From: Curvularia clavata
Lineage: Eukaryota
Assembly: GCA_023920165.1 (NCBI GenBank)
Contig: CP089275.1
Location: forward strand, 5,084,001-5,148,000
DNA: 64,000 nucleotides
Direction: 5' to 3'
A program made the position numbers and the translations under genes. Position 1 is the first letter of the stretch. Each line of letters begins with the position of its first letter. Positions 58,533-64,000 of the stretch are shown piece after piece. The notes under the pieces were generated by a model, which was not told the origin of the DNA, ran no database searches, and saw only the letters and a program-made list of their open reading frames with translations.

Positions 58533-58996
58533 TTTGTGTAAGAAGCGACAGTGGTTTGATTTGGTAAATCTGAGATGGTTGCACCCGTGGACTGGGGTTT
58601 GGCGTGAGAGGGAGGATGGTCGCAGAGAGGTGTTGGGGAAGTGGAATGTAGGGATGGAGGGGTACGCGGGGAAACAAAGGCAACGCGCGACACGATGTCA
58701 TGCGCACAACTCTTGGCAAGCTCCGACTTGCACTTTGCGCGAGAGTAATCTCTACACACAGGCAGCCACTTGATTGAGGCGTCCACTCTGAAATTCGACA
58801 AGGCATCCTCGATGCAATAAATCGGGCCATCAGCTAGCCTCACTGCCAAAAATCTCCTCTCTACCGTCCGCGCACAATTGCGACTAGCAACCGCACCTCC
58901 GCACCACCTCCGCACTCAGCGCAAACCTCACTTCACTTCACCATTTGAGCAACGACGACAACGACTTTCCACGCCCACCGGGCATTGCCAATTACC

Positions 58997-59719
58997 ATGG
59001 CCTCCCCACTACCCACGCCAACGCCCGACACCACCCTCGCCCCGCCCACCCCTCAAAAACACCCACTCTCCACCTCCCCACGCCTCGACATGCCCTTCGA
59101 CCGCCGCCTCCTCCTCACAACCTCCCTCTCCTTCCTCTCAGGCTTCACCCTCGGCTCGCTAAACGCCGGCCACATGGCGTCTCTTCGTTTCCGGGCAGAA
59201 AACGCCCACCGACTGCCCATCTCCAACCCGGGATGGTACTTGTATCACAAATCCAAAAACTACTACAAATGGCGCTACGGCATTGTCGAAGGCGTCAAGA
59301 AGGGGACGTACATAGCTGCGTGGAGCACCGTCTTTTTCGTTGTAGAAGAGAGTCTGGATATCTTTCGGGGTACATGGCGTGCGGGACGGACCGTGGGCGA
59401 GATGGAAGGTGTGGATGAGCTGGATTTGAAGAGGGTGGAGAGAGGGGTCAGTGGGAGTCGGGATTTTCTAAGCAGTGCACTGGCGGGTATGGTGACGGGG
59501 GGCTTGTGGAGCGCATGGCATCAGTTTCCGGTCTCGACGGCTGCTAGGACGATACGTATGGGGTTGTTGGTGGGATTGGGGTTTGGATTGGGGCAGGATG
59601 GACTGGTGTGGGCGAAGGCGAGGTGGGGGGATGGAAGTGAGAGTGAGAGTTGGATTTATAAGGGTGCGCGGAATAGGAGGGTCGAGGAGGAGGTCAGGGA
59701 GAGTTTGGAGAAGGAGTGA
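58997..59719 (+). CDS. Tim17/Tim22/Tim23-like mitochondrial membrane protein
   Basis: Gly-rich TM segments and the block RFRAENAHRLP..PGWYLYHKSKNY, plus SRDFLSSALAGMVTGG. ATG at 58997. Family assignment is by recalled pattern. Confidence 0.65.
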   Translation: MASPLPTPTPDTTLAPPTPQKHPLSTSPRLDMPFDRRLLLTTSLSFLSGFTLGSLNAGHMASLRFRAENAHRLPISNPGWYLYHKSKNYYKWRYGIVEGVKKGTYIAAWSTVFFVVEESLDIFRGTWRAGRTVGEMEGVDELDLKRVERGVSGSRDFLSSALAGMVTGGLWSAWHQFPVSTAARTIRMGLLVGLGFGLGQDGLVWAKARWGDGSESESWIYKGARNRRVEEEVRESLEKE

Positions 59720-60123
59720 AGACACTTGGAGGGTGAAGAATCACATTTGTGTCACGAGAGGATTGGTGATGCTGAGAGTAAGAGGGGGATGGCATACGCA
59801 TGGGCAATATAGCACCGTGCAGGGCAAGTCGATGGCCATAGAGAGGCCACGAGCTTGAGTGACTACAAGCCAATGCGAGTATCCTCCAACCGAGGTACTG
59901 ATGCTGTCTGAGAAGGTCTCAAATACATCACAACAATCCCCACTAAAGATTACAGAAAAATAGCGAAGTCCCTTTCTATTTTATTTTAAGACTCTTTGCG
60001 CCATATTTTGGATATCATTCCCATGGCAGACTGGAACCAGAGTTCCATGGCGCAGGCTACATGCATTCGTACCGTAACATTTAAACAAAAGTTTCATCTC
60101 TTCATGTTGATCAACACAACCAT

Positions 60124-61906
60124 CTACTCCTTGTCGAAGCGCACAGCCGGCTGTTCGCGAATCCAGCTCAGATCGACCTTGTGGCCGAGCAATTCTCGGA
60201 TGTTGCTCACACCGTACTTCATCATGGTCGGCCTCTCGAGCGAAAGTCCGAATCCGTATACGCGCATATCCTTGGGCAGACCCATGGGCTCCAGCATCTC
60301 CGGCCTGAACATACCCGAGTTGCCAATCTCGAGCCACTTCTTGAGGCCTGCGTGGTAGCCGAAAATCTCCATGGAAGGTTCGGTGTAAGGGTTGTAGGCG
60401 GGCTTGAAGCGCAGGTTAGAGATGCCCATGTTGGCGAAGAAGTCTTCGAGGAAGCGCTGGAGGCCGCCCAGAGTAAGTCCAAAGTCAGCAATGACACCCT
60501 CAATCTGGTGGAACTCGGCCAAGTGGGTAGCATCGACGGTTTCGTTACGGAAGACACGGTCAATGGAGAAGTAGCGTGCGGGGCGGGGATCCTCTGCCAG
60601 GCGGTGGAGGGCCCAGGTTGAGACTGCGGTGGTGTGTGTGCGGAGGACAAGGCGGAGAGACTCATCCTCATCCCAAGGGTATCGGTCTGTAATTATCAGT
60701 ATATGAGAGCCAGGCTATTCGCACACAGGTATTTGACATACATCCTATTGAGCCAAAAGCGCCTTCCTGGTGTACCTTCTTCACGTCTTGCCAGTATTTT
60801 TCAAAGTCTCGTGGCTTCTTTTCCCTCTTCTCACTCTCTGGGGTTGCGAAGAGGCGTCTTGATCCTGCCTCCATGCGGTCCATGGTCGCTTCGTTTGCAG
60901 GATCTAATTGCGGTTTACCAGCCTTTGGTGGGTACGAGACGAAGAAAGTGTCTTGCATGTCGCGGGCCGGATGTTGCTGCGGCACGAAGAGGGCGTCAAA
61001 GTTCCAGAAGCCTGTATCGACGTAGCTAAAAACAATGATGAGCGATTTGTGCAATTGAGCCATAGCAAAGATGCACTTACTGTCCTGTTGGCATCTCGAC
61101 GAAACCTTGTGAGAAGAAAATATTCCTGAACTCCTGTCTGACCTTGTTCAGAGGATGTAATGCGCCGGCATCCTGGTTTGCTCCGAGAGCGGCAAAGTTG
61201 TAAGGCTTGAAGTTGGCCGTCTTCCATGCATCGTTTGTAAGCAGCTCGACGGTCAAGTCGGTGTGCTCTACAGGTATCTCCTTTGCATACTTTGGGCCCT
61301 TTGTGACGGTGTAGGTAATGACCTTTGTAACGGTTACAAGCTTCTTCTTCTTGAGCTGAGCGAGCTGCTTTGCGTCGTCGAACGATTGCGTCTCCTTGAT
61401 GCCCTGCAGCTGTTTGCGGGTGGTATCTTCGGGCTCATCGGTCTGGACCAGGACTATGTTGTCACCGTCCTTCTTGATCCACTTGTTCTTGAAGCCATTG
61501 CCTTGTCCAACGCTGGCAACCTCCTTGCCAAAGATGGTCTGTGCCTCTTGTCAGCCGTACGTCAGTCTTTTGCAGCGCAAGGCACACGTACTGGCAGTTC
61601 AGCAATTGGTACGCTGCCTCTGTCCTTGACCAGCTTCCACACCTTGAACTCGTGACTGCCCTCTGCGACTATGCCCTCGGACTCTGGCGTAAGAAGGACT
61701 TTTTCCGAATCTAGCGACTTGTACTCAACCATGGATCGGCTCGCTAGCCTATCGAGGGCAGCCTTGATTTCGGCCTGGGATACTGCGGGGAAGTCTTCAT
61801 TAGTGTGGAGGGGCTCTTTGGTGTCGAGCAGGTCGAGGATTTCCTGGGTGAGGTTTTGGCCTTTTGCTTCGAGCGGCACTGGCACTGGGCCCCGTGTTCC
61901 AGGCAT
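60124..61906 (-). CDS. FRS2: Cytoplasmic phenylalanyl-tRNA synthetase alpha subunit (4 exons)
   Basis: [74 protein letters not shown] and GLSLERPTM. Introns 61539..61591, about 61026-61080 and about 60687-60742. Confidence 0.95.
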
Positions 61907-64000
61907 GATTGCGGTATGGGTAGAGAGATTGTACTGAGTCGAGCCGTATATCGTGGGGTTACATGCGATGAGTCGAATGTGGAAACGCAGGTCGGAGATT
62001 TGAAGGCCCGCGTTCGGAGCTGGGGCGGTTCTGATTGGTTGGTTGGCGGGGGGCAGCACCTTTCACCTGCTTTCAAGGGCGTCACACGTGTGAGGTTGAA
62101 CCATGATTGCTCTCTGGTTGCGGCTGCGGGTTAGCGGTTAGTTGCAGCAGCAGCACGACTGTCCAGTAGTCTGCGCGACAGACTCGGATTGCAGTCGCTA
62201 GACACCAGGGCCTGGTATGTCACTACGTAGTTTTGAGAAGATTACTAGCACAAGATTACTCGGCCGCGGTGGGCGTTTCCGAAGCCACCAAACCATGCTT
62301 TTTCAATGACAACATGGACTTGTCGTAGTCTGCTCACTCGGCGCTGCATGGGAGCAGAATACACTGGGTTTTCAATAGCGCTGCAGTAGACGGCGTGCAA
62401 GATGCGATGCTGTTCGCTAGTTGCGACGCCCCAAGTGTTTGAGGTTTCGATGACTTGCAAATCCCCACCAGTTCCTATGGAAACTCGGGCCAAGTCGAAC
62501 ATGCACGCGCAAGAGGACGCGCAAGTGTGCAGCGCGTTTGCATCTCAAACACTCGAGCACTTGGGCATAATGTCCAAGCAACGGGGATGGACACGGTGGT
62601 GGTGGGCGAGTTGTCACGTTGGGGCATGCTTGGCCTTGTTTGCTAGTCTTGCGACTTCTGCCATGGCGCCACAAAAGCTGGGTGGAGCTATGTGTACATA
62701 CATACTATGTAGGTGTTGACGGGCTGTGCGGCTGAAATCAAAACAGCAGGATGACAATCTATTGGCACCAGGGTAGGATCAAGGCAGGTGGTGAAGACGA
62801 CGGCGCCGGCGGTTTGCAGCACGCCATAGGGCCGGGCGATAAAGGCTTGCAGGATTCATGCAGTAGTTGTATACTGTACTGGGAAGGGCAAACAAGGCTG
62901 GGACCTGCTCTTGGAAACGGGCGCCAGCGCCTTGCTGGGAGAGCCGTGGCCCACCCTGGTCCAACGTCATGTCACAGAGTCTTGTAATGGTACATTCTGG
63001 TACCATGTGCACGCCCATGCAGCAGCAAAGTATTGGAATTGCGGGGCCTGTCGGAAGGGGCCGACCTGGGTCAGCAGAGGTGGTGGTGGGCAGAGAGGTG
63101 GACAGCTGTCATCCAGAGCATGACAGATGCGAAATTTTTTTTATAGGGGAGGCGATGCAGTTCATGCGAAAAGGGCGAGATTCCATTGCTGGCTTGGCCC
63201 GGGTGGGAATCAGCGAGCAGTGCCTCGAGGGATTATTTTTAGGCGGGCTGGGCGGAGCGCTTGAACGGCGCGGCGGTGCGGGAGGTTCAGTGTGGTGGCG
63301 GCAGCGCTGGGAGTGAGAAGAAGAGGCCGCGCAAGCTGGCCCGGAGCGGCCTAGCCCATTTGGGGCGGGCCAATGGGAGGGCGGTGCCACGGTGCAGCGG
63401 CCAGGGGAGCAGCCAAGGACAAAATTGAAGCCAGGGGGCGACGCTTGTCATGTTGCAGTCTGACGGGTGGTCTTTGGCCATGAAAGATGCCCGAGGCCCT
63501 CGTCAGCCGGATCCGTAGGACGCGTAGCAGGCTGGCAATGGGGACGCAGCGATGAAACGCCGATGGCGCGACGCCAGCACAACGACGTCACTGGCAGGCC
63601 AAAAAAAATAGTAGTATGTCGTCGTGATGCCGTGAGTGCATGGGCTGGCTCGGAGCGACGTTGTTGAGGCGGGAGAGGGCACTGGCGGTTGCGCAACAAG
63701 GTGAGCCATGCCGCATCGAGTTTATGCAGAGCAACACTTGATAGCTGCGCGCGGCGTGATTTGGTGGCGGCCTGGCTCGTCTGTCCTGGCCGTCGTGGCA
63801 TCCATCCAAGCCAGCCAGCTTACAAGCAACGCCTGCCCCAACGTCCGCAACGGCCATCGACAATCGATACGTACTGTGTAGTCGAGTAAGGTAGCAGCCG
63901 TGTAGAATGCACCTCAGCAGCAGCACCCAAGCGCAGCGCACTCCATCCCCACGGCGCACGAGGCTAGCCGATCCTTTCGCCGCTGCAGAATCCGATGCTT

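Noticed and set aside
62100..64000. Many short ORFs at the window end
   Set aside because: No motifs or exon structure; most likely regulatory DNA between FRS2 and a gene beyond the window.
1..64000. CRISPR arrays, rRNA, telomeric repeats, telomerase template, TGA-CTA readthrough PTS1 signals
   Set aside because: None seen on reading; the stop-codon contexts I checked lack the TGA CTA motif.

Overview
Eukaryotic, intron-containing DNA from a filamentous ascomycete. Short GT-AG introns with CTRAC branch points and the gene content suggest Pezizomycotina, probably a Dothideomycete; the taxon is inferred, not proven. I can support about 25 protein-coding genes: two hypothetical proteins, a fungal AAA+ ATPase, an intronless homoserine kinase-AIR synthetase (THR1-PurM) fusion, APT1, a RidA/Mmf1 deaminase, a CYP52-like P450, an unclassified FAD-binding protein, DPP5, a TRP/FLC-like channel, a FYVE-RING (Pib1-like) protein, an alpha/beta hydrolase, cyt-4/DSS1, cnxG/MOCS2A, two Zn2Cys6 factors, an NmrA-like protein, a ubiquitin-fold protein, a Tim17-like protein and PheRS alpha. 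A gene-sparse stretch at about 32.7-47.3 kb holds an SREBP-type bHLH, an Hsp20, a spliced TM-RING-H2 gene the ORF track largely misses, and a pseudogene. The most notable observations are: (1) an apparently unannotated ~220-nt structured RNA gene at 57261-57487 (-) with a full Pol III layout (TATA at -30, A box, B box, T6 terminator, paired ends); (2) the HSK-PurM fusion next to APT1 and a RidA carrying mitochondrial, cytosolic and peroxisomal targeting information; (3) a candidate Elongin B-like protein. No transposon, rRNA, true tRNA or CRISPR array was recognised. All splice models and RNA folds were done by hand.
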